Origin: an uncultured Verrucomicrobiae bacterium
GTDB taxonomy: Bacteria; Verrucomicrobiota; Verrucomicrobiia; Chthoniobacterales; JAFAMB01
Length of the DNA: 64,000 nucleotides
NCBI GenBank assembly: GCA_963748055.1
Contig: CAVVII010000011.1
Span: 368,915 to 432,914, forward strand
Direction: 5' to 3'
Within the stretch, counting starts at the first letter, position 1, and each line of letters begins with the position of its first letter. The position numbers and the translations under genes are program-made. This document shows, piece by piece, positions 18,272 to 27,775 of the stretch. The notes below the pieces were generated by a model. That model was not told the DNA's origin, searched no databases, and worked only from the letters and a program-made list of their open reading frames with translations.

Positions 18272-20446
18272 ATCAGAAGCTGCGGGTGATTGGGCAACCC
18301 TCGACCGATCCGTTTCCATCCCGATATAGTCAGCGAGGATGCGTTGCGCTTCGTTCATGATCACGTCTCGATCGGATAGGGAAGGGCCGTCTTCGTCCTC
18401 ATTTTCTGACGCGTTGGCTTTCGGCGCCTGCGGTGTCTGCGGCGAAGGCAAACCGGCTGTGTCCGAGTTCTTGAGAGTGATTTCGTAAGTGCGCGGCGTC
18501 TGTCCGGCGAGCAGCGCCAGTTCCTGTTCGCGTGCTTTCTTCCGCGCCTTGAGCTGTTCTTTCTCGGCCCGGCGTTCGGTTTCATTCAAGGAAACCGATT
18601 TTGTCGCGTGGTTTTTTTCGCGCATTGCAATTTCGTCCCGGATCCACGCGAAGTCGTGCTCAGTCGCCACTCGTTGCGCCGACTTTGTCCGCAGGGCTTC
18701 AACAACGGGTTGCACGCGGTCTTCCTTTGCAAAACGCGCGCTCGGTACCGTGTCCCATGGCAGCGGATCCTTCATGGCCGACTCTCCAATTTCGCTCAGG
18801 TCGCTCGTGGAAGGTAACACGATGTCAGCCCTAACACCCCGGAGCTGTGTCGAGGCGCCGCTTGGGCGATAGAATTTGCGAATTGTCACTTTTAAAGCGC
18901 CGGCGTTGTCGGCCGAGTCCAAGCCGTTCTGCTTCAGGATCGGCGCCAGCGGTAGGATCGTTTGTACCGTGCCTTTGCCGAAGGTAGAAGAGTCGCCCAC
19001 GATCAGGGCCCGACCGTAATCCTGAAGCGCGCCTGCGAGAATCTCGGACGCGGAAGCGCTAAGCCGGCTCGTGAGCAGTATCAACGGGCCGTTGTAAAGC
19101 TCCGACGGGTCGTTGTCGTTGCCAACCTCAATGTCGCCCGCCGGACCGCGCGTTTGCACTACGGGTCCGCGGCGGATGAAGAGACCGGTCAAATGAATAG
19201 CCTCTTCCAGCGAGCCGCCGCCGTTGCGCCGCAGATCGAGTACAATGCCGCGCACGCCTTCGGCCTTTAGCTTCACTATCAGGCGGGCAACGTCTGCCGT
19301 CGCGCTACGGTGCGCGCTGTCGGTTCCCTCGTAAAAGGATGGTAAGTCGATGACGCCGAGCCGGGTTGCCTGTCCATCCGCGCCCGGGAGATCAACGATC
19401 CGCGCCTTGGCCTGTTGTTGCTCCAGTTTAACCTCGTCGCGCACGATTCGTACAGTTTTTCGTGTAGATTCATGGCCCGGACCGGCAGGGATGATCGTTA
19501 GCTCGACGGCCGTGCCTTTGACTCCGCGAATCAGCTCGATCGCGCGGGTGAGCGGCATACTCACAATATCTACGGGTTCTTTTCCATCCTGCGCGACGGC
19601 CACGATCTGGTCGCCGGGCTGGAGCTTGCCACTCCGCTCAGCGGGTCCGCCGGTGACGAGTTCGCGAATCTTGCAGCCGTTGTCGGTGGCTTCGAGCGTG
19701 GCGCCGATGCCCACCAGCGACAAATTCATGGAGATTGAGAAGTTCTTCGCCTCCTCAGGTCCGAAATAATCTGAGTGCGGGTCGTATACGTGAGCCAATG
19801 CGTTCAGGTAGACTTCCGATACTTCTCCCTCGTCGAAGCTCTTCATCATCTGCACCATGCGTGCCTGCCGCGCGGTCAGAGTCTTCACGATTTCGGCCGG
19901 GCCCTTACCGTTGATCTTTTCGACAAGGTATTCGGCCCGGAGTTGTTGCCGCCAGAGCGAATGCGCGGATTCGAGGTCTTTGGGCCGCGAGGCATCTGTG
20001 CGGTCGTATCCGTAGCGCTCATGATCGCCGAAATCAAAGGTCTGGGTTTGCAGTTCTGCGGTCAGGAACGCGGCGCGTTGATCGAGTCGCTGAAGGTAGC
20101 GTTGAAAGATGGCCCGGGCCGGACTCAGGTCGCCGTCCAGTCGAGTGCTCTCCGCGAGCGAGTGTCGGAGAATCGCGAACTCATCCAGGTCGGACTGGAG
20201 GAAGAGAGTGCGCGAGCTGTCGAGAGCGTCAAGATAGCGATCGAGAAACTTGGCCGCCAGTTCGTCGTCGAGCCGGTGATGTGCGAATTGGGAGCGTTCC
20301 AGCATCGCCGTGGTCAAACGCACGACATTGCCTGATGCGGACTCGGTCTCGCCGGAAAGCGGGGCAGCGGGTCGCGTAGTCGCAATGCCGGCGACCGTGA
20401 TAATAAGTGAGCCGGCGATGACGAGGAAACGGGTGCGCAGTTTCAT
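18260..20446 (-). CDS. prc: tail-specific / C-terminal processing peptidase (S41 family)
   Basis: 728 aa with a signal peptide and a PDZ-like segment (GDQIVAV). S41 core GIVLDLRRNGGGSLEEA and SASASEILAGALQDYGRALIVGDSSTFGKGTVQ. Confidence 0.9.
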   Translation of the reverse strand: MKLRTRFLVIAGSLIITVAGIATTRPAAPLSGETESASGNVVRLTTAMLERSQFAHHRLDDELAAKFLDRYLDALDSSRTLFLQSDLDEFAILRHSLAESTRLDGDLSPARAIFQRYLQRLDQRAAFLTAELQTQTFDFGDHERYGYDRTDASRPKDLESAHSLWRQQLRAEYLVEKINGKGPAEIVKTLTARQARMVQMMKSFDEGEVSEVYLNALAHVYDPHSDYFGPEEAKNFSISMNLSLVGIGATLEATDNGCKIRELVTGGPAERSGKLQPGDQIVAVAQDGKEPVDIVSMPLTRAIELIRGVKGTAVELTIIPAGPGHESTRKTVRIVRDEVKLEQQQAKARIVDLPGADGQATRLGVIDLPSFYEGTDSAHRSATADVARLIVKLKAEGVRGIVLDLRRNGGGSLEEAIHLTGLFIRRGPVVQTRGPAGDIEVGNDNDPSELYNGPLILLTSRLSASASEILAGALQDYGRALIVGDSSTFGKGTVQTILPLAPILKQNGLDSADNAGALKVTIRKFYRPSGASTQLRGVRADIVLPSTSDLSEIGESAMKDPLPWDTVPSARFAKEDRVQPVVEALRTKSAQRVATEHDFAWIRDEIAMREKNHATKSVSLNETERRAEKEQLKARKKAREQELALLAGQTPRTYEITLKNSDTAGLPSPQTPQAPKANASENEDEDGPSLSDRDVIMNEAQRILADYIGMETDRSRVAQSPAASDSIR

Positions 20447-20529
20447 GATCGAATTGAGTATTTAGTGATGATTGGGTTGCCGAAGCCGTCCGGCGGATCT
20501 ACCTGCTGGACGGCTCCTGGGCAGGGAGG

Positions 20530-21222
20530 TCAGCTCTTAATGCCGACGAGTTCGACTTCAAAGATCAGCGTCGAATTCGGACCAATGGCGCGACCCGCGC
20601 CGTGTTCGCCATAGGCCAGATCCGCGGGCACGAAAAGCTCCCATTTCGCGCCGGTTTTCATGAGCGGCAGGGCTTCGGACCAGGCTTTGATCACACCGTT
20701 CACCGGGAAGGTAACCGGCTCGCCGCGCTTATAGGAGCTGTCGAATTCCGTACCGTCCAGCAGTGTGCCGCGATAGTTTACGGTGATCTGATCGGTCGGC
20801 TTCGGCTGCGCGCCGTTGCCTTCGGCGAGCACCTTATATTGGAGGCCGCTCGGCAGAGTCTTCACGCCTTCCTTCGTTTTGTTGGCGGCGAGAAAATCCG
20901 CGCCTTCCTTCTTATTCTTTTCAGCGAGTTCCTTTAGTCGCTCGGTCTCTTTCTTCATTAGGTCTTGTTCGAACGCCGTGAGAGTCTCTGCGCGTTCCTT
21001 GTCGCCCATCTGCGGTTTCGCGCCGGAGAGACCGTCTTCCAGCCCTGCCACGAGCGCCTCGTTATTCAAGTCAAGGGCGTTGGCTTTCATGCCGCTGCCG
21101 ATATTGACACCAATGCTGTAGCTGGCTTTGTCGCGTTGGTCTTTCAAGACAGTTGGGTGCTCCGCGAGAGCCGGCGCAACGAGAGCAAGCGCGGCGAGCG
21201 GGGTGAGGTATTTCAATTTCAT
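20530..21222 (-). CDS. fkpA: periplasmic FKBP-type peptidyl-prolyl isomerase (FkpA/Mip-like)
   Basis: Signal peptide MKLKYLTPLAALALVAPALA, an N-terminal helical dimerisation region, and a C-terminal FKBP domain (VNYRGTLLDGTEFDSS..FPVNGVIKAWSEAL..LIFEVELV). Confidence 0.85.
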   Translation of the reverse strand: MKLKYLTPLAALALVAPALAEHPTVLKDQRDKASYSIGVNIGSGMKANALDLNNEALVAGLEDGLSGAKPQMGDKERAETLTAFEQDLMKKETERLKELAEKNKKEGADFLAANKTKEGVKTLPSGLQYKVLAEGNGAQPKPTDQITVNYRGTLLDGTEFDSSYKRGEPVTFPVNGVIKAWSEALPLMKTGAKWELFVPADLAYGEHGAGRAIGPNSTLIFEVELVGIKS

Positions 21223-21609
21223 TTGGAGTGGATCTGGATGTTATTTGTTTTGGCCCACGGTCGCCGGAAGGCTGCCGCGGATATCTGACTCCGGCACCAT
21301 GGCGTGTGCGAGTTGCCCGTCCCTTTCGCGAACATTACAGAAAATCCATGCACGTCCTCCGCGTCGAATCACGATCTGCCGCAGCGCGTTCCTGTTCAGG
21401 GTGAGCCGGAAACTTCAGACCCTCACTCAGGTTCAAATCTTAAGACCCAGGTCTCCGGAGTTCCGGTACTGAAGAGCCCGGAGCTGAACCTTTCGTACGT
21501 GTAATGAGAGCGAAAGGTCGGTGCCACCCAGAGAGGTCAAGATAGTGGCGTCAAGAAAAGCATCCCCGCGGTGCCAGGAATATTGACTAGACCAAAAAAG
21601 CCAAATCAC

Positions 21610-22779
21610 ATGCAGACTTCCGATTTACATCCAACCAACCCGGCAACTGCTGACAAGTCCTCGGCAGCCGTTCACCCCAATCTCACCGACGCTCAATTCG
21701 ACGCCGTGAAATACACCCCTGCGCCGATTGTGCGCAGCCCCTTTGGCCGCAGAGCGCCGACGACCGCGCCCATGCCAATGGCGGGCAATCCGAACGCCGG
21801 CATTCAGGCCATCAACGACGCTGTCTGTCAAAATTCCACGTGGGTGCAGCCACTCCGCCAGGAAATTGGTAGCGTCATTGTAGGGCAACAGCATCTCGTC
21901 GATCGCCTCATTGTCGGCTTAATTAGCAACGGCCATATCCTTCTTGAAGGCGTGCCCGGCCTCGCCAAAACCCTAGCCCTGAAAACTCTCGCCGGCACCG
22001 TGGGCTTAAGCTTCAGCCGCCTCCAGTTCACGCCGGACATGCTGCCCGCGGACATCGTCGGCACGATGATCTATAGCCCGCGCGACGGCTCCTTCAGCAC
22101 AAAGCATGGCCCCGTTTTCGCGAATCTGGTGCTCGCGGATGAAATAAACCGCGCGCCTGCCAAGGTCCAGAGTGCCTTGCTTGAAGCCATGCAGGAGCGC
22201 CAAGTCACGCTTGGTGACGAGAGCCATCGCCTGCCAGACCCCTTCCTCGTCCTGGCAACGCAAAACCCTCTTGAGCAGGAAGGCACCTACGCACTGCCCG
22301 AAGCGCAAGTTGATCGCTTCATGCTGAAAGTCCTGGTCAAATATCCGAATCGCAGCGAAGAGCGCGCGATTCTCGATACCATGGCCGTCGCCGAGCGCTC
22401 GTTCGATGTGCAGCGGGTAGTTAGCGCGGAAGACATCCTGCAGGCGCGCCAAGTCGTCAGCAGCATCTATGTCGATGAAAAGGTGAAGGATTACATCGTG
22501 GACATTGTCCTCGCGACGCGCGATCCGCAGCCCTACGGAATCGACCTCAACGGGTACGTTCAATGCGGGGCGTCCCCACGCGCCACGATCGGCCTTACGC
22601 TCGCAGGCCGGGCTATCGCGTTCCTTCAGGGGCGCGGTTACGTCACCCCGCAGGATGTGAAGGATGTCGCCTATGATGTATTGCGCCACCGGATTATCGT
22701 TAGCTACGAGGCCGAGGCGGAGAACATCACGTCGGAGAACATCATCGCCGGAATCCTGGAAGGAATGCCGGTTCCCTAA
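21610..22779 (+). CDS. MoxR-like AAA+ ATPase
   Basis: Walker A LLEGVPGLAKT, Walker B LADEINRA, and the PEAQVDRF and RATI motifs. Start uncertain: the ORF opens with GTG at 21571, the first ATG is 21610, and the N-terminal extension is long. Confidence 0.9.
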   Translation: MQTSDLHPTNPATADKSSAAVHPNLTDAQFDAVKYTPAPIVRSPFGRRAPTTAPMPMAGNPNAGIQAINDAVCQNSTWVQPLRQEIGSVIVGQQHLVDRLIVGLISNGHILLEGVPGLAKTLALKTLAGTVGLSFSRLQFTPDMLPADIVGTMIYSPRDGSFSTKHGPVFANLVLADEINRAPAKVQSALLEAMQERQVTLGDESHRLPDPFLVLATQNPLEQEGTYALPEAQVDRFMLKVLVKYPNRSEERAILDTMAVAERSFDVQRVVSAEDILQARQVVSSIYVDEKVKDYIVDIVLATRDPQPYGIDLNGYVQCGASPRATIGLTLAGRAIAFLQGRGYVTPQDVKDVAYDVLRHRIIVSYEAEAENITSENIIAGILEGMPVP

Positions 22780-22810
22780 TCGCGCGGCATGCGCACCCAG
22801 ACTCAATGGT

Positions 22811-23722
22811 ATGACTTCCGAACAAACAAGAGAAATTCTGCGCAAAGTGCGGCAGATCGAGATCCGCACTAACCGGCTCGTGACCGACACGCTGGCGGGC
22901 CAATACCACAGCGTTTTCAAAGGGCGGGGTATGAACTTCGACGCCGTGCGCGAATATGCCGCTGGCGACGAAGTACGAACGATCGACTGGAACGTGACCG
23001 CACGTGCCGGCCGTCCGTTCGTGAAAAAATTCGTCGAGGAACGCGAGCTTACTTTGATGCTGATGGTCGATGTGAGTGCTTCGGGTGATTTCGGTTCGGG
23101 CGGGCAGAGCAAGCGCGAACTTGCCGCGGAGATCGCCAGCGTCCTGGCATTCTCCGCGGTGCACAATAGCGACAAGGTCGGGTTAATTCTCTTTAGCGAT
23201 CAGATCGAACTCTACGTGCCGCCGCGCAAAGGGCGCCGACACGTCCTGAGATTGGTGCGCGAAGTCCTTGGGTTCGAACCCTACCGCCGCGGCACGAATC
23301 TCGTCCGCGCGCTCGATTTCGTGAACGACGTCATCAGTCGGCGCGCGATCGTGTTCCTGTTGTCTGACTTCCAGACCGGCCAGCAAAGCCCGCAGTCGGT
23401 CGCTGATCTCCGGCGCGCTCTTCGCCAGACGAACCGGCGCCACGACCTTGTAGCGATGCCGATCGAGGACCCACGTGAGCAGGTGCTTCCCGATGTCGGG
23501 ATTGTTGCCTTGGAGGACTCAGAGACCGGCGAACTTATCGAGCTGAACACGAGCTTGCCCAGGGTGCGGCAGCGTTTCGCAGAAATTGCGATCGATCGTG
23601 CCAGGCAACTCCAGCGCACGTTGAACGCTGAAGCCGTCGATGCGCTCCGGCTCTCCACGGACCAGCCCTACGTCGCCTCGCTCATGGCCTTTTTCAAAAA
23701 TCGTTCCCGCAAACATCGATGA
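22811..23722 (+). CDS. DUF58 domain protein (MoxR-associated, VWA-like)
   Basis: Start MTSEQTREILRKVRQIEIRT. Motifs GQYHSVFKGRGMNFDAVREY..GDEVRTIDWNVTAR and LMLMVDVSASG are typical of DUF58. Confidence 0.85.
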   Translation: MTSEQTREILRKVRQIEIRTNRLVTDTLAGQYHSVFKGRGMNFDAVREYAAGDEVRTIDWNVTARAGRPFVKKFVEERELTLMLMVDVSASGDFGSGGQSKRELAAEIASVLAFSAVHNSDKVGLILFSDQIELYVPPRKGRRHVLRLVREVLGFEPYRRGTNLVRALDFVNDVISRRAIVFLLSDFQTGQQSPQSVADLRRALRQTNRRHDLVAMPIEDPREQVLPDVGIVALEDSETGELIELNTSLPRVRQRFAEIAIDRARQLQRTLNAEAVDALRLSTDQPYVASLMAFFKNRSRKHR

Positions 23723-24423
23723 AAACTCTCTTCTCTATTCTCTCTTCTCGTCGACCTCTTGCAGCGGCAGTCCTGTCGCTCTGTTTCTTGAGTCTGAGCG
23801 CTCGGGCGGCGTCCATTGCCGCTCCGCCGGCTTCTGCTGGTGTTGCCGGCGCGCCGGCGGGGAAAATGCTTCCATCCGTTGCGCCGGAGGAAGACATCTT
23901 CGATATCCGGCCGCCATTTCACATCGCCGAGGAAGTCTTCTGGGCTGGTTGGGGCGCTGGGGCGCTTGCTATCGCGGCACTCGGTTATGTTGGGTGGAGG
24001 TTTCTCCGCGGCAAATTGTGCACCAAGCTGCCTTATGAAATCGCGCTCGAGAGATTGCTGGCCGCACGTCAGTTCCTCAGTCCTGAGCATGCTCAGACCT
24101 TTTCGGGCCTGGTCTCCGAGGTCGTTCGCTCCTTCATCGAGCAAACGTTCCCGGTACGCGCCGCGCATCGAACCACTGAGGAGTTTCTTTACGACCTTGT
24201 CGTCACTGCGGACGGTCCGCTCGCGGGGCATCGTGACACGCTCGGCGAATTCCTCGGTCACTGCGATCTCGCGAAATTCGCGAAGTGGCAGCTCAGTGTA
24301 CCGCAAATGGAGGCGATGTTGCAAAGCGCCCGCGCTTTCATCCTCGCTACCGGACGGCCCCTGAAAGCACGGCGTCCTCAAAATACCTCTCTCGGGTCTC
24401 AGCCGGCAGTCACCCAAGCTTAA
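23719..24423 (+). CDS. DUF4381-like membrane protein of the Bat operon
   Basis: ATGA overlap with DUF58. It has a signal-like N-terminus, one TM (FWAGWGAGALAIAALGYVGW) and a C-terminal ..TTEEFL..CDLAKFA.. pattern. It occupies the usual position between DUF58 and BatA. Confidence 0.6.
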   Translation: MKTLFSILSSRRPLAAAVLSLCFLSLSARAASIAAPPASAGVAGAPAGKMLPSVAPEEDIFDIRPPFHIAEEVFWAGWGAGALAIAALGYVGWRFLRGKLCTKLPYEIALERLLAARQFLSPEHAQTFSGLVSEVVRSFIEQTFPVRAAHRTTEEFLYDLVVTADGPLAGHRDTLGEFLGHCDLAKFAKWQLSVPQMEAMLQSARAFILATGRPLKARRPQNTSLGSQPAVTQA

Positions 24424-24435
24424 CCCTTATCCATT

Positions 24436-25434
24436 ATGATCCGTTTCCTTTATCCTCAACTTCTCTGGCTGCTCGCTCTGCTTCCTCTCCTTGCGCTATT
24501 GCGCGGGAAGCGCGGAGCGGTGGCTGCCGTGAAATATTCCAGCGCCGACATCGCCCGGCAGGTGGCACGGGAGACGCGCAGTCGGGCGGGTCGCTGGATC
24601 AGTACCCTGAGTCTCCTTGCGCTCAGCTTTGTCATTATCGGTCTGGCTCGACCACAATTCGGTCGCAGCACCTCGACGGTCGAAGCGAGCGGCGTCGACA
24701 TGATCCTTGCCCTGGATTGCTCGGGCTCAATGGAGGCGCTTGACTTTAAACTTGACGGGCAGCCTACGAACCGTCTCGATGTGGTTAAGTCAGTCGTCTC
24801 AAAGTTCATCGATGCGCGCCCGAACGACCGCATCGGACTGGTCGGATTCGCCGGCGCGCCGTATCTCGTGAGTCCGCTGACGCTTGATCACGGCTGGCTG
24901 CAGCAAAATCTCGAACGAGTCCAGATTGGTGCGGTGGAAGATGGCACTGCCATTGGATCCGCACTTGCCACGAGCGTGAACCGTTTGCGCGATCAGCCTA
25001 GCAAATCGAAGGTCGTCGTGCTGCTCACCGACGGTGAAAACAACATGGGCAAGATTGCGCCTGACACCGCCGCGCAGGCAGCGAAGGCGCTCGGTGTGAA
25101 GGTTTATACCATCGCCGCAGGTATCAGGGGCGAAGCTCCGGTGCCCGTGACCGATGCCTTTGGCAACAAGCGCCTCGCGATGGCCAAGGTCGATGTCGAT
25201 GAGGAGACGCTGAAGAAGATCGCAGACACCACTGGCGGAAAGTTCTTTCGCGCGACGGATTCCGACTCGCTCAAGAACATTTATACCGAGATCGACCGGC
25301 TGGAGAAGACCACCCACCAGATCAAGAAATTCGAACATCACTCCGAGCTCTTTGCCTGGGCCGTGGTGCCTGCTCTCGCGCTGATGGGCGTCTGCTTTGG
25401 CCTCCAACAGACGCGTTTCCGTCGCCTGCCGTGA
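24436..25434 (+). CDS. batA: VWA domain membrane protein BatA
   Basis: N-terminal TMs, a VWA MIDAS motif (LALDCSGSM), ..VVLLTDGENN.. and a C-terminal TM. Confidence 0.85.
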   Translation: MIRFLYPQLLWLLALLPLLALLRGKRGAVAAVKYSSADIARQVARETRSRAGRWISTLSLLALSFVIIGLARPQFGRSTSTVEASGVDMILALDCSGSMEALDFKLDGQPTNRLDVVKSVVSKFIDARPNDRIGLVGFAGAPYLVSPLTLDHGWLQQNLERVQIGAVEDGTAIGSALATSVNRLRDQPSKSKVVVLLTDGENNMGKIAPDTAAQAAKALGVKVYTIAAGIRGEAPVPVTDAFGNKRLAMAKVDVDEETLKKIADTTGGKFFRATDSDSLKNIYTEIDRLEKTTHQIKKFEHHSELFAWAVVPALALMGVCFGLQQTRFRRLP

Positions 25435-25466
25435 CTTCTCACTGAACCTTTCAACCTATCCATACG

Positions 25467-27770
25467 ATGCAATTCGCTCAACCTCTCTGGCTTCTCGCGG
25501 GCTTGGCCGCATGCGCCTTCCTGCTCTGGCGAAATCGCCAATTCCAAACCCAGCAACGTGCGACACTCGCGCGGTTCGCCGCCGCGCGTCTGCTGGACAG
25601 GCTCACCGTATCTGTCTCTCCAGCTCGCCGGAAGGCAAAGCAGACTCTCTTCATCCTGGGAGTTGGCTGCCTGTTTGTCGCTCTCGCGCGACCACAGGCC
25701 GGCTACGAGTGGCAGGAAACGCACCGCAAAGGTCTGGAACTCCTTTTCGCCGTTGACACCTCGAAAAGCATGCTCGCCCAGGACGTGAAGCCGGACCGGC
25801 TCTCCCGCGCAAAGCTCGCCGTGCATGATCTCGTGGACAAACTGAATGGCGACGGCGTGGGTCTTGTGGCCTTTGCCGGCAACGCCTTTCTGCAATGTCC
25901 TGTGACCCTCGATTACGACGCCTTTCGCGAATCTCTCGACGCCCTCGATACGAAAGTGATCCCGCGCGGCGGCACGGATATCGCCGCGGCTATCCGCGAA
26001 GCCGAGGCTGTCTTCAAAACGCGCACAGCGGCGGAGAAAATTCTCGTACTCATCACCGACGGTGAAGACCTTGGCGGCGAAGGCATCGCCGCTGCGAGAG
26101 AGGCGGCCAGTAACGGTGTGAAAATATTCACTGTCGGCGTTGGAAGCACTACCGGCGAACTCGTGCCCGTGCCGAGTGAAAATGGCGAAGCCGGATTCGC
26201 CAAAGATGCCTCCGGCCAGCTCGTGAAGTCCCACCTCGATGAGGCCACCCTCAAGCAAATCGCCGAGGTCAGCGGCGGCATGTACCAGCCGCTTGGCCAG
26301 CACGGCGAAGGGCTGAACGAGATCTACGACCATGGACTCGGGGCGTTCACTCGCCACGACCTGAGTTCCCGGCAGGCGAAGGTATATCTCGAGCAGTTCC
26401 AGTGGGCCCTGCTTGCCGCGCTCGGGTGCTTCATCGCTGAGATGCTCGTCGGCACGCGACGAAAGGTGCGCGAAGTCAAAATCGCTCAGGCGCCGGTGAA
26501 GCCGAAACCCGCGTGGGCTCATCCGCCCGCGACCGGCATGACGGTCGCCCTCGGTCTTGCCTTACTTTGCGTGACCGCCACGTCTTATGCTGCTTTGCCG
26601 CAGACAGCCGAGCAGGCCTATCAACGGGGAGATTACACGAAGTCTCTGGAAGAGTATGCCGCGGCGGCAGCGAAGCAGCCGGCGAAGACAGAACTTCAAT
26701 TCAATGCGGGGTCGGCGGCTTACAAAGCCGGCGACCTGCAACGGGCAGCAACGGCTTTCCAAAACAGTCTTCATACCGAGGAGGTGCCGGTGCAGCAGCG
26801 CGCGTATTTTAACCTCGGCAATACGCAGTTTCGCCTCGGGCAGAAGACAGAGAAGAGCAACCCGAAGGAGACGATCGAGACCTGGGGCAAAGCCGTACGG
26901 TCTTACGATGCTGCGCTGCAAATCGAGCCGGGAGACAGTCAGGCGAAACACAATCGAGATCTGGTGAAGCGTAAGATCGAGCAATTGAAGAAGGAAGAAC
27001 AAAAGAATCAGCAACAGCAACAGCAGGATCAGAAGAACGATTCCAAAGACCAGAAGAATGATCCCAAGAACCAGCAGGGCGGTCAGAATGGTCAGGAACC
27101 GAAGGATCAACAGCAGAAACAGGATCAGAAGAACGATTCCAAGGACCAGAAGAGTGATCCCAGGAACCAGCAGGGTGGTCAGAATGGTCAGGAACCGAGA
27201 AATCAACAGCAGCAACAGGATCAGAAGAAGGATACCAAGGATCAGAAGGGTGATTCCAAGAACCAGCAACCCGGTCAGAATGGTCAGGAACCAAAGGATC
27301 AGCAACAGGCTCGGAAGGACGATCCGAAAGACCAGCCGGCCGGACAGAACAGCCGGGATCCGAAGGATCAGAAGCAGCAACAACAGGCTCAGAAGAGCGA
27401 TTCCAGAGATCAGAAGAGCGACTCTAAGGATCAGCAAGCCGCCCAGAATGCTGGGGACCCCAAGGATCAGAAGAAGCAGGATCAGGCGCAGAACGCTCGC
27501 CCGGATGCAACCGGTCCCGAGCCGCTGAACCCCACTGGCAAGAAGCCTTCCAAAGGACAGCCGCAAGCGGCGAACGGTCAGCGCCCTGAGCCGAACGAGT
27601 CCGCTAGCGCGGGCGGGGACCGCCGGGAACCCGGCCAGATGACGAAAGAGGAAGCGCAGCAGCTCCTCGACGCACTCAAGAACGACGAGCGCAAGGTGCC
27701 TTCCATGTCGATGCAAGGCCGCGCCGCGGGTCAGTCCAACGACTCACAGCAACCGCTCAAAGACTGGTAA
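25467..27770 (+). CDS. batB: VWA plus TPR protein (BatB/BatC-like fusion) with long Q/K/D-rich low-complexity tail
   Basis: VWA (FAVDTSKSM, LITDGEDLGG), TMs, a TPR-like block (AEQAYQRGDYTKSLEEY..FNLGNTQFRLG..), then ~230 aa of Q/D/K/N/G repeats. Confidence 0.8.
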   Translation: MQFAQPLWLLAGLAACAFLLWRNRQFQTQQRATLARFAAARLLDRLTVSVSPARRKAKQTLFILGVGCLFVALARPQAGYEWQETHRKGLELLFAVDTSKSMLAQDVKPDRLSRAKLAVHDLVDKLNGDGVGLVAFAGNAFLQCPVTLDYDAFRESLDALDTKVIPRGGTDIAAAIREAEAVFKTRTAAEKILVLITDGEDLGGEGIAAAREAASNGVKIFTVGVGSTTGELVPVPSENGEAGFAKDASGQLVKSHLDEATLKQIAEVSGGMYQPLGQHGEGLNEIYDHGLGAFTRHDLSSRQAKVYLEQFQWALLAALGCFIAEMLVGTRRKVREVKIAQAPVKPKPAWAHPPATGMTVALGLALLCVTATSYAALPQTAEQAYQRGDYTKSLEEYAAAAAKQPAKTELQFNAGSAAYKAGDLQRAATAFQNSLHTEEVPVQQRAYFNLGNTQFRLGQKTEKSNPKETIETWGKAVRSYDAALQIEPGDSQAKHNRDLVKRKIEQLKKEEQKNQQQQQQDQKNDSKDQKNDPKNQQGGQNGQEPKDQQQKQDQKNDSKDQKSDPRNQQGGQNGQEPRNQQQQQDQKKDTKDQKGDSKNQQPGQNGQEPKDQQQARKDDPKDQPAGQNSRDPKDQKQQQQAQKSDSRDQKSDSKDQQAAQNAGDPKDQKKQDQAQNARPDATGPEPLNPTGKKPSKGQPQAANGQRPEPNESASAGGDRREPGQMTKEEAQQLLDALKNDERKVPSMSMQGRAAGQSNDSQQPLKDW
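27024..27311 (+). repeat. 3 x 96-nt in-frame tandem repeat inside the BatB/C-like gene
   Basis: Units 27024-27119, 27120-27215 and 27216-27311 each encode QDQK(N/K)D(S/T)KDQK.D.(K/R)NQQ.GQNGQEP(K/R).QQQ.. Degenerate copies continue to about 27490. Confidence 0.85.
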
Positions 27771-27775
27771 AATCT

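Noticed and set aside
22006-23175. 389-aa ORF antisense to MoxR/DUF58.
   Set aside because: The sense strand has unambiguous AAA+ and DUF58 motifs. The antisense translation has no recognisable features and spans a gene boundary.
25338-27716. Large antisense ORFs (25338-26522, 394 aa; 26562-27716, 384 aa; also 24799-25407) opposite the BatA/BatB genes.
   Set aside because: The + strand encodes clear VWA/TPR proteins. The antisense products are low-complexity (for example poly-Leu from the Q/K repeat) with no motifs.
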